A DNA stretch of 60,511 nt, filler included, from a candidate division TA06 bacterium SM23_40 (GCA_001303705.1; 5 parts of 5 records of this genome joined end to end with filler, not necessarily neighbours in it), one strand, 5' to 3'; counted from the first letter of the whole stretch, positions 20,196 to 31,748 are shown. The notes: generated from the sequence alone by a model not told the origin. Numbers and translations: made by a program.

Positions 20196-23100
20196 TCAGT
20201 ACCTGAACTTGAACTCCACTCCTAAACCGTACCGCTTCTCCTCGTCGCGCTCGCCGACGAGCGAGCTCTGCCCCCCCAGGTAGTACTCGACCTTGAATGC
20301 ATCCCCGGAGGCAGCGAATAGATCGTGGGTATAGCTGACGAATAGATCGTCGGAGACGTACTTGCCGACGGTGAGACGGGCACTCCGTTCCTCAGCGGCG
20401 CCGAAGATCTCGGTCTCGAGCCGCGCCATGTCGAACCCACGCTTGCGCAGCTCCCGCGACAGCACCCTCTCGGTGAAGTAGGCGAGCACCCTCTCGGGAA
20501 CTTCCTCGCCCAGAACCTGCCCTCGCTGAAGCTGCGCCAGCTCTTCCGTCGTCAGATTGAGACCGAGGAGCGTAAGGATGTCCTGCTGGCCGAAATAGGC
20601 CGGATCGGCGGATAGTTCCAGCACCGGCTTGGTAAGGGTCCCTGTCAGGTGAAGCCGAATAGTCACGTCCACACGTTCGGCCATCGAGTCATGTGAAACG
20701 AGTCCTCCACGGGGACGGGGTACCCTGCGGATAACTGTCATCGCCCAGATATCGAGTTCGGGGTCGAGACGCGTTGGATCGATGAACCGGATATCCGCCG
20801 ACTCGATCTCCAGGCGTCTATCGAAGTAGTAGTAGGCCCCGCGCAGCGACCGGAGGTAGCCGACGAGGGTGAATGCATTCCCCTCACTTCTCAGCGTGAG
20901 CTCACCCTGGAGCTCTATCTCCGCCTCATCGTTGCGAAGCCAGAGTCCTCGCTCGGCTGTAATCTTCAGATCGTATTCAAACGGAACCCTGCCGGCGCGT
21001 TCCTCGCGGGCCTCGCCGAACGGCCGGGTGACCTCTCCTCTCGTCACGTTGATCGACCCGATCACCGTCGGCGAAGCGATGAGACCGGTCACTGTCACAT
21101 CTCCATCGACCACGGCGCCGACGTCCGGAATCCCGGCCACCAGCACCTGGCTCGCCAGGATGCGCAGATCAACTTCCTGTGGCAGGAAGGCGGCGAACCG
21201 CACTGACCCTTTCATCTGGACAAATCCCGTCTCCGTCTTCCCTGAGATCGACTCCAGTTTCAATGTGTCGCCGCTGAAGGTCGCGTATCCTCCGACCTCA
21301 TTGACTACCGCACCGAGCGGCCTCACCTCCAGTCTTCCCGACCGGAGTGTCATCTCTCCACCGTACTCGGGATGACGCATGGTGCCACCGACACTGATAT
21401 TCGCATCGACCCTCCCTTGCGTTATGTTGATCAGATCGCTCAGGGGATAGAATATCCACACTCCAACATCGTTCAACACCGCCTCCAGGTTCGTCGGTTC
21501 GTCGGGAAAGCGCTCTGCGACGTCCCGCAACCCGAGGTCGATGGACACCACTCCATGCGCCTCTGACACTGAACCTGCCCGCTCCAGGGTTGCGCTCGCC
21601 AGTGTCAGCCTCCGGTCACGATAGGAGCACCGCGCCCGCAGGACATCCCCACGTATGTCCCTGATCGCCGGGTCGTGGACGACCATCCATGCGTCGATCT
21701 CTGGGCTCGCCGGGCTGCCACTGGCACGGAGCTCGAAGTCCAGGAGTCCCTTGATTTCCCAGTTAAGGCCGAGCACGAGGCCGAGTGCAGCGAGATCAAG
21801 CTTACTCGCCGAGGTCTGAACGACGAGTACTCCACTCGAGTCCATCTCCGCCGCCAGCGTGAGCTCTCCATTCACCAGTTGCAGCACGGTAGGATAGACG
21901 GTGAGCTCGCGAGGAGACCTGTGGACAGTAAGGGGGGTCACGTTCCGCATCTCTATGCCAGCGGCCGCAAGGGACAGATCCGTGATCTCTCCCCACAGCT
22001 CGTCCCCATCGATCTTCATCCGACCCTCGGCCGCAACACGAGCACCCTCATCCCGATCGATACGGAGATGAAAGCCTGTCCGGTTCTCCTCGTGGGATGT
22101 GAACTGAAATCTCGCCTGTCGAAACTGCTCGCCCGCCACGGAGGCATGCATAATGCTCACCATGCCGGTTCCCTGTAACGGCCGGCGGATATCTTCGAGA
22201 GTTATCGCTCCTGATAGATGGTTAAAGGAGAGATGTCCGATACTCCCGTCATGAAACTCCACTCTGCCCGATAAGGAAGGGCCTTCGATGAGCCCGTCGA
22301 GTACAATTGCAACATCCAGTCGCCCTTCGACTCCTTCCAGACCAGCCAGCCGCTCTACAGCCCTGCCATCGACACCTTCTGCCGAGACCTCCCAATACAT
22401 CCGCTCTCCGCCCAGCCAGCCCTGGCCGGAGATGATTCCCTGAAAGCAATTTGCGGAGAACCTCGAGAGGGCCACCCTCTCTTCGTCGATATGGACTCTG
22501 GCAATGGCGGCGTCGACCTCGAGGCCTGCGATCACGCTCTTCACGAGCGTCATGTCCGCCTGCAGATCGTAATCGTCCTGATCTCTCCCCGTTCCCGCAA
22601 TCAGTAGATCTCCAGTCAGCGTGCTGGGCACCAGAGCAAAGAGCGTAGGAGAGAGATCCTGGAGGTCGAACCGGAGTAGATCGACAGCGGCAGAAGCCGC
22701 GATCTTCCCTCCGCTGCGCCACAGTATGGCGTCCCCGCTGATCCTCCCCTCCCCCACTTCCGCATCGAGCGCCTGAAATCGCAACGAATCTCCCCTGAGG
22801 AAGGCATCTGCGAGAAAGCTGTCTACTCTCCACCCCTCGGCACGGACGTCAGACAAGGCGATCCGCCCCGCCCCCTCCAGAGTCTCCCCCATCCAGGCGA
22901 GGACGAACTCTCCCGTGAGCTGACCTCTCCACTCTTCGCCCGGACGCCGGAGCAGCCTGCCGATCTCGGTCAGGGAGAGCGAGACGCCATCTCGAGATGT
23001 TTTCAAGGCGACAACCCCCTGGCCCAGCGTGAGCTCGCCGCCCAGTACGGAGGATGGTGTCTGCGCCCGGAAGTCGGAGACCCGCAACGCTCCTACACCC

Positions 23101-23735
23101 GAGTCGTAGGTTGCCATGCCCGAGATCGACACGTGTCCGAGGAGACGCTCCGGTAGCGCAAACGTCATCCGATCGACGAGAAGTCCAAATCCTTCGAGCG
23201 TTGGGCGAAAACTGGCATCGACATCGATGTCGGAGATCTCCTCTCTCTCATCCCCCCGCACAAGCACAAATGCTCCATCCCGCACCACTAACTCGCCGAC
23301 GGCAATCCGGGAGAGGGGGGATCGGGAGGCAGGGGCCGCAGGCTCCATTATCTGCCGACTCTCCTCCCCCCCGGGTGTGCCGGAGAGAGAATCGACCGCA
23401 ACTTCTACCACCAGGCCGTCGATCGCGAGAGAGACGACATCGAGCCTGCCGCGCAGGAGACGCCAGGGCCTGTACTGGGCTCTGATACTGCGAGCAGAGA
23501 GAAGCCGGATGGCCGAGGTCCCGGGTCTGCACACGACGCCTTCAGCCACGAATCCCGTAACCAGGTTGCCGGAGACGCGCCCCACGGAGACGTCGCCACC
23601 CAGAGCAGCACCCAGACGCGCTTCCGCCATTCCCCGCACCATGTCGCGGAATGGCTGAGTCTGAGTGCCGGCAGCGAGCAGGACCAGTACGAGTATGACT
23701 ACAAGCGGCAGATAGCGAACTCGCTTCAGTTTCAT
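20196..23735 (-). CDS. tamB: Translocation and assembly module TamB (DUF490)
   Basis: N-terminal TM, long beta-rich body, C-terminal GTLTKP...VGKYVSDDLFVSY...VEFKFRY; adjacent to an Omp85 gene. Confidence 0.85.
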   Translation of the reverse strand: MKLKRVRYLPLVVILVLVLLAAGTQTQPFRDMVRGMAEARLGAALGGDVSVGRVSGNLVTGFVAEGVVCRPGTSAIRLLSARSIRAQYRPWRLLRGRLDVVSLAIDGLVVEVAVDSLSGTPGGEESRQIMEPAAPASRSPLSRIAVGELVVRDGAFVLVRGDEREEISDIDVDASFRPTLEGFGLLVDRMTFALPERLLGHVSISGMATYDSGVGALRVSDFRAQTPSSVLGGELTLGQGVVALKTSRDGVSLSLTEIGRLLRRPGEEWRGQLTGEFVLAWMGETLEGAGRIALSDVRAEGWRVDSFLADAFLRGDSLRFQALDAEVGEGRISGDAILWRSGGKIAASAAVDLLRFDLQDLSPTLFALVPSTLTGDLLIAGTGRDQDDYDLQADMTLVKSVIAGLEVDAAIARVHIDEERVALSRFSANCFQGIISGQGWLGGERMYWEVSAEGVDGRAVERLAGLEGVEGRLDVAIVLDGLIEGPSLSGRVEFHDGSIGHLSFNHLSGAITLEDIRRPLQGTGMVSIMHASVAGEQFRQARFQFTSHEENRTGFHLRIDRDEGARVAAEGRMKIDGDELWGEITDLSLAAAGIEMRNVTPLTVHRSPRELTVYPTVLQLVNGELTLAAEMDSSGVLVVQTSASKLDLAALGLVLGLNWEIKGLLDFELRASGSPASPEIDAWMVVHDPAIRDIRGDVLRARCSYRDRRLTLASATLERAGSVSEAHGVVSIDLGLRDVAERFPDEPTNLEAVLNDVGVWIFYPLSDLINITQGRVDANISVGGTMRHPEYGGEMTLRSGRLEVRPLGAVVNEVGGYATFSGDTLKLESISGKTETGFVQMKGSVRFAAFLPQEVDLRILASQVLVAGIPDVGAVVDGDVTVTGLIASPTVIGSINVTRGEVTRPFGEAREERAGRVPFEYDLKITAERGLWLRNDEAEIELQGELTLRSEGNAFTLVGYLRSLRGAYYYFDRRLEIESADIRFIDPTRLDPELDIWAMTVIRRVPRPRGGLVSHDSMAERVDVTIRLHLTGTLTKPVLELSADPAYFGQQDILTLLGLNLTTEELAQLQRGQVLGEEVPERVLAYFTERVLSRELRKRGFDMARLETEIFGAAEERSARLTVGKYVSDDLFVSYTHDLFAASGDAFKVEYYLGGQSSLVGERDEEKRYGLGVEFKFRY

Positions 23736-23803
23736 GGGCAACTCGGCAGCTCTCTCCCTGTAGCCAAGAGCCAACAGCCTTCCCGTCGCGCAGCCGGGAA
23801 GAA

Positions 23804-25648
23804 CTAGAATATGTGACCTATGCCGAGATAGACCCGGCCGTGATCTCCACTCCGCCTCTCCGTGAGCTTCCTTCCATAATCGAGGCGCAGCGGACCGATC
23901 GCCGTCCGATACCGCAGCCCGATCCCGGCACCGAAACCAAGGTCCGCGGGATCGACATCCGACACGTTTCTCCAGACACCTCCGCCGTCGATGAAGGCTA
24001 CCCCCCCGAACCTCCAGAAGAGAGGGATCCTCGCCTCCACGTTGACGTTGGCCATGACGCTTCCTCTCCGCTCACCGAGGGGATTCTCGGGTCCGATCGA
24101 GGCCTCATCATAGCCGCGGACCGAGCTCTCGCCGCCGAGCTCGAACTGCTCCTCCCGCGGCACAGCGCCGGATCGGCCATAGTTCCTCACATACCCACAT
24201 CTGCCTCTGATAGCCCACACCGGGCTCCAGCGCGGCTCCGCGTAGAACTTCGCCTCGGCGGGAACGCGCCAGAAGTCGTGATCTCCGCCCAGGAGTCCGC
24301 CTGCCACCTCGATGCCACCGGAAATGAGCGATCCATCGGAGGGATCGAAGATATCGTTTCGGACATCACGCAACAGCATGGCGGCCATGCTGTTCGTCAC
24401 GCCACCCTCCAGCTCCTCACGGTTCTCGGCAGGGAGGTTCTCCGGGTGGGCAACCCTGTAGCGCACGGATCTGTATCCATATCCCAGGGATAGCCTCGTA
24501 CCGGGCCCGACGAATCGGCCGACCTGCACGTTCACGCCGAAGCGCGATACCCGCCACGGCACCCGGATGACTCTCTTCTCATGATCATAGTACGTGCGAA
24601 TACCGCCCTGGAATCCCGAGCTGAAGAGTCTCGGCTCGAGGTAGTCAGCAGCGTACTCAGCTTCCCATTCACCCTTCACATTGAACGCGCCACTGACGGA
24701 AAGCACCAGGCGCTGCGCGTTGTCGAAGAGATTCTCGTGCCCCCAATCGAGGGCAGCACGTATCCGATCCGGAGAGAGATAGCCGAACCCAACTCCGATC
24801 CAGTTCAGCCTGTCTTCGGTCACTTCGATGAATACGTCGACCGTGTCAGCCATCTCAGTCAGACCGCTCATCACGAACCGAACGTCCCTGAAGAGGCCGG
24901 TCGCATATATTCTACGCTGGCTCTCCAGCACCTGGCGCGGCCTGTACAGGTCTCCCCGGTGAATCACCAGTTCCCGCCCGATGATTGCCGATCGCACGCG
25001 TTCGTTGCCGGTGATCTCAATGTCGCCAATGTACGCCCGCGGGCCCTCCTCAATCCGGAACTGCACTATCATGTGGCGAGCCCGCTCCCCGGGCAGCGTG
25101 GTCGTCTCGAGCTCCGCATAGACGTATCCCGCGTCAGCATACGCGGCCACAATCCCATCCTCAGAAGCCTCGAGCTTCGCCTTGTCGAGAGGATCATCTT
25201 TCTTCAAATCGAGGTACCGCACCAGGTCACCTGTACTCATGACCGCATTCCCCGACACCTGTACCTCTTCGACGAATGACCGCGCTCCCTCATCGACCGT
25301 TATCAGATAGTCGATGTGACGCTCATCCGCCATCTCTCCCCGGGTGCCGATTACCTTCGCATCCAGGTAACCACGATTGTGATAGAACGAGGTGACCTTG
25401 AGAATGCCCCGTTCCAGGATGCTGCGCCTGAAGACCGCACCACGGCGAATTCGCATCTCTTTTCTCAGGAGATCGTCGGAGAAGGCCTCATTTCCCTGGA
25501 ACGAGATCTTCCCGAACAGACGCTGGGTCACCCCCCCCGAGGAAAGGGATTGAGATGTGGCGACACGGACCGTCCCGGACGATACCAGAATGAGGACGGC
25601 GAGAAAGGCCGTGACGCACCTGTTCTTGGACGACATGGTCGGCAACAT
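23804..25648 (-). CDS. Omp85-family outer membrane protein (TamA/BamA-like, about 3 POTRA domains)
   Basis: POTRA motifs (FQGN, VSGN, ITGN), GGESSVRGY, GIGLRYRTAIGPLRLDYG, C-terminal Phe. Confidence 0.92.
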   Translation of the reverse strand: MLPTMSSKNRCVTAFLAVLILVSSGTVRVATSQSLSSGGVTQRLFGKISFQGNEAFSDDLLRKEMRIRRGAVFRRSILERGILKVTSFYHNRGYLDAKVIGTRGEMADERHIDYLITVDEGARSFVEEVQVSGNAVMSTGDLVRYLDLKKDDPLDKAKLEASEDGIVAAYADAGYVYAELETTTLPGERARHMIVQFRIEEGPRAYIGDIEITGNERVRSAIIGRELVIHRGDLYRPRQVLESQRRIYATGLFRDVRFVMSGLTEMADTVDVFIEVTEDRLNWIGVGFGYLSPDRIRAALDWGHENLFDNAQRLVLSVSGAFNVKGEWEAEYAADYLEPRLFSSGFQGGIRTYYDHEKRVIRVPWRVSRFGVNVQVGRFVGPGTRLSLGYGYRSVRYRVAHPENLPAENREELEGGVTNSMAAMLLRDVRNDIFDPSDGSLISGGIEVAGGLLGGDHDFWRVPAEAKFYAEPRWSPVWAIRGRCGYVRNYGRSGAVPREEQFELGGESSVRGYDEASIGPENPLGERRGSVMANVNVEARIPLFWRFGGVAFIDGGGVWRNVSDVDPADLGFGAGIGLRYRTAIGPLRLDYGRKLTERRSGDHGRVYLGIGHIF

Positions 25649-25810
25649 ACTTCATCGGTCCTCGCGAAAACATGACGGTCGGCGCATTTGGGGGGTTCCA
25701 CAATATCACACCCCCCTGGTCGGGTCAAGCGATCATCGACGGCGCGAACGCGCTCTGTGATGCGAAAGAGAGGTTTCACGACGCGAACTGTCTCCCTGGC
25801 AGTAAATCGC

Positions 25811-25839
25811 TTGACAGACGGGGGAAGCGCATCTAGGGT
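25811..25839 (+). promoter_or_regulatory. Putative sigma70 promoter of the EamA gene
   Basis: TTGACA-17 nt-TAGGGT. Confidence 0.5.
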
Positions 25840-25918
25840 TGAAGCCGACAGGGATGGAGCATCTCAGGGGGAATCGATCCACGCACGAACCCCGGGGCCG
25901 GGGAACCTTATGGCGCCG

Positions 25919-26860
25919 ATGAAAGATCAGACGCGGGCATACCTCTATACGATCATCGTTGTGCTCATCTGGGCGACAGTTGCCTCTGCCTTCAAGCTCT
26001 CTCTGAGGCATCTCGATCCTCTGGAGCTCTTGCTCTATGCCTCGGTTGTATCGACAGCCAGTCTCTTCTCGGTTCTGCTCATCCAGAGGAAGGCAACACT
26101 CCTCCGCGAATTCACGAGGGGAGACTACCTCCGTTCCGCATCGCTCGGTTTTCTGAACCCCTTCATCTACTATATCATCCTGTTCAAGGCGTATGCGCTT
26201 CTCCCCGCACAGGAAGCACTGCCGCTCAATTACACGTGGCCGATAATGCTGGTCCTCCTATCGATCCCGTTACTGAAGCAGAGAATAGGGCTGAGGGGGC
26301 TTCTCTCAATCGTCATCGGTTTCGCCGGCGTATTCATAGTCTCGACAAGAGGTGACTTCTCGGCCCTCAGCTTCTCCAGCCCCACGGGCGTGCTCCTCGC
26401 CCTCGGGAGTGCTGTCATCTGGGCCCTGTTCTGGATCTTGAACATCCGGGACCCACGTGATGAAGTCGCGAAACTGTTCCTCAATTTCGCCTTCGGATCC
26501 GCCTTCATCATCTGCTTCATGTTGCTCTTCGGCCGCACGAGGGTGCCCGGCCCGGCCGGGCTCCTCGGCGCGGCCTACGTCGGCTTGTTCGAAATGGGAA
26601 TCACCTTCATCATCTGGCTCAAAGCCCTGAAGCTGTCGAGATCGACGGCTCAGATCACCACGTTCATCTATATCATCCCGTTCCTCTCACTCGGCGTCAT
26701 CAGGGTCATAGTGGGGGAGACGATCCTGTCATCAACAGTCGTGGGGTTGGTGTTGATCGTCGGCGGAATCATCGGCGGCAGGACCCCGCAAGTCGAGCTC
26801 ACCCGAGCCCCTGTCCCGGGCAGCGAGGGGGGGCACCGTGGAACGGAGATCTCGAGGTAA
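25919..26860 (+). CDS. EamA/DMT family transporter
   Basis: About 10 TM helices; WATVASAFK, LNYTWP, FEMGITFIIW. Confidence 0.9.
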   Translation: MKDQTRAYLYTIIVVLIWATVASAFKLSLRHLDPLELLLYASVVSTASLFSVLLIQRKATLLREFTRGDYLRSASLGFLNPFIYYIILFKAYALLPAQEALPLNYTWPIMLVLLSIPLLKQRIGLRGLLSIVIGFAGVFIVSTRGDFSALSFSSPTGVLLALGSAVIWALFWILNIRDPRDEVAKLFLNFAFGSAFIICFMLLFGRTRVPGPAGLLGAAYVGLFEMGITFIIWLKALKLSRSTAQITTFIYIIPFLSLGVIRVIVGETILSSTVVGLVLIVGGIIGGRTPQVELTRAPVPGSEGGHRGTEISR

Positions 26861-26993
26861 CCACAGGTCAGCCGATCGCCCTCGATCAATAGGTGGGCGC
26901 GAGGGAAGCGGGGAAGGTGCATGCCGAAGAGGTGTACGAAGACGCGGGCCGGAATGGACGAACCCTGCGGCCCGCTCGATCTGTGTGGTAGAC

Positions 26994-27569
26994 TCAAGCC
27001 CCGGCCCGTACCATCTCGAGGAAGCGGGCGTGTAGACGGCCGTCAGGTGTCAATTCCGGATGGAAGGTCGCCACCAGTATTCTTCCCTGGCGGGCGAGCA
27101 CGCAGTCGGAGCCGACGGTCGCGAGGGCCTCGACCTCTGGCCCGAGCCGAACGATCTTGGGGGCTCTGATGAAGATTCCGGGGAAGGGGTCGTTGCCGAG
27201 AGCCGGAACGGAGATTGCCTGCTCAAAGCTCTCCCGCTGCCTGCCGTAGGCGTTGCGCTCCACCCCCACATCGATGAGGCCGAGGCCCGGCTGAGCCGGA
27301 TGCCTCACCTCCCGCGCCAGAATGATCAGGCCGGCGCAGGTGCCGAAGATCGCACCTCCGCGTTCCCCGAACTCCTGTATCGCACGGTCCATCCCGCCTT
27401 CGGCGATGAGTTTGAGAAGCGCCGTGCTCTCGCCCCCCGGGACGATAAGCCCCCCCAGGCCCGAAAGCTGATCGGGCCTTCGCACTTCCACGCCCCCACA
27501 TCCCAGTCTCGCCAGCGCCTTCCCGTGGGCCGCGAAATCACCCTGGAGGGCGAGGAGCCCTACCTTCAT
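26994..27569 (-). CDS. pdxT: PLP synthase glutaminase subunit
   Basis: LALQGDF, PGGEST, GTCAG, RNAYGRQ, FIRAP, FHPE. Confidence 0.97.
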   Translation of the reverse strand: MKVGLLALQGDFAAHGKALARLGCGGVEVRRPDQLSGLGGLIVPGGESTALLKLIAEGGMDRAIQEFGERGGAIFGTCAGLIILAREVRHPAQPGLGLIDVGVERNAYGRQRESFEQAISVPALGNDPFPGIFIRAPKIVRLGPEVEALATVGSDCVLARQGRILVATFHPELTPDGRLHARFLEMVRAGA

Positions 27570-27571
27570 CG

Positions 27572-28453
27572 TCACACACCTCTGATCTGCAGGAGCTCTT
27601 TCTCTTCCAGACGGGTGAGATCGATGCCCGGCATCGGCTCGCCAAGCCCCTCTGAGACGCGGGCAAGAACGTCCGGTTCCCGGTAATGGGTAGTTGCCTG
27701 AACGATCGCCCTGGCCCGCGGGGCCGGGTCCTCCGATTTGAATATGCCTGACCCGACAAAGACCGACTCCGCACCGAGCTGCATCATGAGGGCGGCATCG
27801 GCTGGTGTGGCGATTCCGCCTGCGGCGAAGTTCGGCACGGGTAAGGACCCTGTTTCAGCAACGAGCTTTACTAAGGCGTACGGGGCACCCATCTCCTTCG
27901 CCTTCGTCATCAGTTCCTCGGGCGAGAGTATCGTCAATTCCTTCATGGAACGCAGGACAAGCCGCATGTGCCGTACCGCCTCGGCGACGTTACCTGAACC
28001 AGCCTCTCCCTTCGTCCTGATGAGAGCAGCCCCCTCGCCGATTCTCCGCAAAGCCTCTCCAAGATCTCGTGCCCCGCAGACGAACGGTACCTTGAATGCG
28101 AACTTGTCGATGTGGTTGTGCTCGTCGGCAGGAGTGAGGACTTCGCTCTCGTCGATGTAGTCGACCCCCAATGCCTCCAGTATCTGCGCCTCCACGAAGT
28201 GACCGATCCTGACCTTCGCCATGACGGGAATCGAGACCATTTCCATGATCTCGACGATCTTCTTGGGGTCGGCCATTCTCGCCACCCCGCCACCGGCCCG
28301 GATGTCCGCGGGGACCCGTTCCAGCGCCATGACCGCCACGGCACCCGCGTCTTCTGAGATCTTCGCCTGCTCGGCGGTCGTGACGTCCATTATGACGCCG
28401 CCCTTGAGCATCTCCGCGAGACCGGTCTTGAGCCTCAACGTCCCAGTCTCCAT
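27572..28453 (-). CDS. pdxS: PLP synthase lyase subunit
   Basis: [47 protein letters not shown]. Confidence 0.98.
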   Translation of the reverse strand: METGTLRLKTGLAEMLKGGVIMDVTTAEQAKISEDAGAVAVMALERVPADIRAGGGVARMADPKKIVEIMEMVSIPVMAKVRIGHFVEAQILEALGVDYIDESEVLTPADEHNHIDKFAFKVPFVCGARDLGEALRRIGEGAALIRTKGEAGSGNVAEAVRHMRLVLRSMKELTILSPEELMTKAKEMGAPYALVKLVAETGSLPVPNFAAGGIATPADAALMMQLGAESVFVGSGIFKSEDPAPRARAIVQATTHYREPDVLARVSEGLGEPMPGIDLTRLEEKELLQIRGV

Positions 28454-28579
28454 TCTCCTTTGCCCCCTTCTTCTGTTATGATCTCGTCGACTATGAGATC
28501 GTCTCTCAACACCTTCATCCTCTATTGCTGCGGGCAACTTCAGCCGCACCGATCCCCTCAGGGCCGGCGCGCGCCGGAA

Positions 28580-29509
28580 TCAGTCGACATCGACGGATGT
28601 GAGCCACCCGTACTTGTCTGGCTTCTTCCCGCGTATGATGCCGCTGAGTTCGTCCTGTATCTGCTTCGTGAGCGTTCCTCTCTTTCCGTCACCGACTTCG
28701 ATCCGATCGACCGAGCGAACCGGTACGATCTCCGTAGCGCTTCCGGTGAGGAATATCTCATCCGCTATATAAAGAAGCTCTCGCGGAATACGGCCCTCGA
28801 TCACGGGATATCCCAAGTCTCCAGCGATCTGCATAACCGAATCCCGTGTAATCCCCGGCAGAATGGACGAGGCGAGCGGCGGAGTGCGGATTCTGCCCCC
28901 CTTGATGACGAAGATGTTCTGCACGCTCCCCTCGCTCACGAATCCTTCGCGGTCGAGAGCGATGCCCTCTCCGTAGCCATTGACATCGGCCTCCATCCTG
29001 ATGAGCTGCGAACTCATGTAGTTGCAGCCAGCCTTCGACAGGAAGGGATGCGTGTTCGGCGCTTGCCGACTCCAGGAAGAGACCTGGACATCGACTCCCT
29101 CCTCCGCCGCCTTCACCCCGAGATAGCTTTTCCACTCGAAGGCGGCAATGTAGGTCTCCACCGGGCACTCGTACGGCAGTACTCCCAGGACGCCGTAGCC
29201 TCGAAAGACGAGCGGCCTGATGTAGCACTCCGCCAGGCCGTTCGCCCGTACTGTCTCGACAATTGCGTCGCACAGCTCGTCCGCCGAATAGGGGATTCCC
29301 ATTCGGTAGATCTTGGCGGAGTCGGACAGCCGATTGACGTGGTCGCGGAGCCGGAGGATGACCGACCCCCGCTGCCCTCGGTAACACCGCAAGCCCTCAA
29401 AAAAAGATGTGCCGTAGTGAACGACGTGGGACAGTACATGGATCTTCGCCTCATCCCATGGGATGAGTTCCCCGTTACGCCAGATCGACTTCGAAGATTT
29501 GATCGGCAT
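28580..29509 (-). CDS. ilvE: Branched-chain amino acid aminotransferase (class IV)
   Basis: [42 protein letters not shown]. Confidence 0.95.
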   Translation of the reverse strand: MPIKSSKSIWRNGELIPWDEAKIHVLSHVVHYGTSFFEGLRCYRGQRGSVILRLRDHVNRLSDSAKIYRMGIPYSADELCDAIVETVRANGLAECYIRPLVFRGYGVLGVLPYECPVETYIAAFEWKSYLGVKAAEEGVDVQVSSWSRQAPNTHPFLSKAGCNYMSSQLIRMEADVNGYGEGIALDREGFVSEGSVQNIFVIKGGRIRTPPLASSILPGITRDSVMQIAGDLGYPVIEGRIPRELLYIADEIFLTGSATEIVPVRSVDRIEVGDGKRGTLTKQIQDELSGIIRGKKPDKYGWLTSVDVD

Positions 29510-29588
29510 GGCAACCTCCTTACACCCAGATGCTGAACCGATTCCCTATGGGCTCACCCAGCGGTCGCGACTCCCTCCTCACTCGACC

Positions 29589-31121
29589 TTAGACGACTGA
29601 AACATCGCTTCGCCTCCGGCTTCGCCGCGAGACGCCAGATCTCCCGACAAGCCGCCTCTTGACGATCTTCCCCAGGATATCGACTCCCTCCTCGATCTCC
29701 TCGGGAGCGAGCTGAGAGAAGCCGAGGCGAAGTGCATTCCTCCCCGATCCGTCACAACAGAAGATCGGGCCCGGCACGAAGACAACGCCGGCCTCTCTGG
29801 CTTCGAAGAACAGAGAGGTTGTATCCACATCTGGGACGGTCACCCACAGGTATAGGCCGCCGCTCGGCGTTGTCCATGTCACCTCACCGGGGAAGTGTCG
29901 TTCCAGGGCACGAAGCATCGCGTCGCGGCGCTCGCGGTAGATGCCCCGAGTGCGCTCCAGATGTCCCTTGAGATAGCCGCGACGGCAGAACTCGTACATC
30001 GCGCCCTGCGTCATAGTATTCGTATGGAGATCCCTCGCCCCTTTAGCCCGCTTGATGCGCTCGATCAGTTCCTCGGGAGCGACCATCCAGCCGAGCCGTA
30101 ATCCCGGAAAGAGGATCTTGGAGAAGCTCGACAGGTAGACGACAAGACCATCCCCATCGAGCGCCCGCAGCGGGGCCGGCGGGGCCGAGTTGAAGTAGAG
30201 TTCCGATGACACATTATCTTCCAGAATGGGCACTCCATAACGCGCTGCGAGCGACAGGATTTCATGTCTACGCTCCAGGCTCATCACCGCCCCGCTCGGG
30301 TTCTGGAACGTGGGAATAAGATAGACGAACTTGGGACGCTGCGTGGCCAGCACACGTTCCAGAAGATCCGGCCGTATGCCCTCATCGTCGATGGGCACAC
30401 CGATGCAGCTCGCCTGCCTCAATCCGAAGACCCGCAGCGCTCCAGGATACGTCGGGACCTCGAGCACAACTGTGTCGCCAGGTTCGAGAACCACCTCAGA
30501 CAGCAGATCGAGCCCCTCCTGGGTGCCGCAGCTCGTCATCACCTCGCCCGCTCCGGGGCCGATTCCCTGCCGGGCAAGCTGGCGCCGCAGTAGCTGCAGA
30601 AACGGACCGTATCCAACTGTGTTTCCGAATTCGAGGATCTCTCTCCCATGTTCTCTCAGCGCCGCATTTGTCGCGCGGCGGAACTCATCAACTGGATAGA
30701 ACTCAGCCGGGGGAAGACCCGAACTGAAGGGAAATCTGGCGGGCTCGGTGCAGAGCGCCACGAGCTCCTCGAAGCCCGCGTCACGATTCCACCCCGCCTC
30801 CTGTCTGAGCGCATCTATCCACGCCGCGCCTGCTGCTACCACTCCCTCGCTGAAGCTCCCCGGTTCCCCGAAGAGGAGATGGATGTCGCGGGCGACAAAC
30901 GTACCCTGCCCCACATGCCGTTCCAGCAGGCCCTCGGCTACAAGCTCGTCGTATGCGGCATTCGCCGTATTCCGATTGATGCCCAGCTCCCTCGCCAACT
31001 GCCTGGCCGGCGGCAGCCTGGCACCCGCATCAAGCGCCCCGGACGAAATGAGCCGCCGCACGCCCTGGACGATCTGAACGTACAGGGGAACGGGACTGTC
31101 TCGATCGAGCTGTACCAGCAT
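29589..31121 (-). CDS. MocR/GabR-family regulator (GntR HTH plus PLP aminotransferase domain)
   Basis: PLYVQI...LPPARQLARELGINRNT; PTFQNPSG; SFSKILFPGLRLGW. Confidence 0.93.
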   Translation of the reverse strand: MLVQLDRDSPVPLYVQIVQGVRRLISSGALDAGARLPPARQLARELGINRNTANAAYDELVAEGLLERHVGQGTFVARDIHLLFGEPGSFSEGVVAAGAAWIDALRQEAGWNRDAGFEELVALCTEPARFPFSSGLPPAEFYPVDEFRRATNAALREHGREILEFGNTVGYGPFLQLLRRQLARQGIGPGAGEVMTSCGTQEGLDLLSEVVLEPGDTVVLEVPTYPGALRVFGLRQASCIGVPIDDEGIRPDLLERVLATQRPKFVYLIPTFQNPSGAVMSLERRHEILSLAARYGVPILEDNVSSELYFNSAPPAPLRALDGDGLVVYLSSFSKILFPGLRLGWMVAPEELIERIKRAKGARDLHTNTMTQGAMYEFCRRGYLKGHLERTRGIYRERRDAMLRALERHFPGEVTWTTPSGGLYLWVTVPDVDTTSLFFEAREAGVVFVPGPIFCCDGSGRNALRLGFSQLAPEEIEEGVDILGKIVKRRLVGRSGVSRRSRRRSDVSVV

Positions 31122-31167
31122 CGCGTATCTGCTCCCTCAGGCGTTCGATTGCCGTTGTTGACCCGCT

Positions 31168-31260
31168 TATTGACATAGTCCTTCTCGCTCCGATCGTGAC
31201 AATACTACGTTACTTTGATCCTGTAAAGGGCCAATATGGGAAAATTGTACTATGTCAATA
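31168..31260. promoter_or_regulatory. Putative MocR operator/promoter region
   Basis: Perfect 12-bp inverted repeat TATTGACATAGT (31168-31179) / ACTATGTCAATA (31249-31260) plus direct CAATA repeats. Confidence 0.55.
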
Positions 31261-31748
31261 TGCGGCCCTTCGCTGCCCCAGCCCCTCCATCACAGGAGGT
31301 AGGACCGCCGCGCTCGTCGATCCTTCCGGGGAGGGGAGCCGGAAGATGTGCGAGATGCCACACCAGTTGCGAGAAATGACCACACGGTGTAACCATCTAC
31401 ATATCATAAAGATACGAGCTCGGCGATGCTCAGCGCGGGGATCCGGGGCGCGAAAATCCGCCCGCTTCCGGTTGCCGAGCGCAAGAACCAAGTAAGCAGC
31501 GCCCTGACGTTGGCTGTTAACCTCATGTATCAAAGCCCGTTACGACAACACATCACATTTCGTATCACCTTGGCACGGTTCTTGCCTCTGACGGCTGTTG
31601 AAGGTGGCCGGCGGATCGCACCCGTCGTCTCGCCGCCCGCAAATAAGCCCTGAATTGTGGGATGGGCAAGGGGAACAGAGAGCCAGACCGATCGGCCCCG
31701 GACCAGCAATGGAACTCCGGTCTTCCATAAAAGGAGGGGACGACATCG

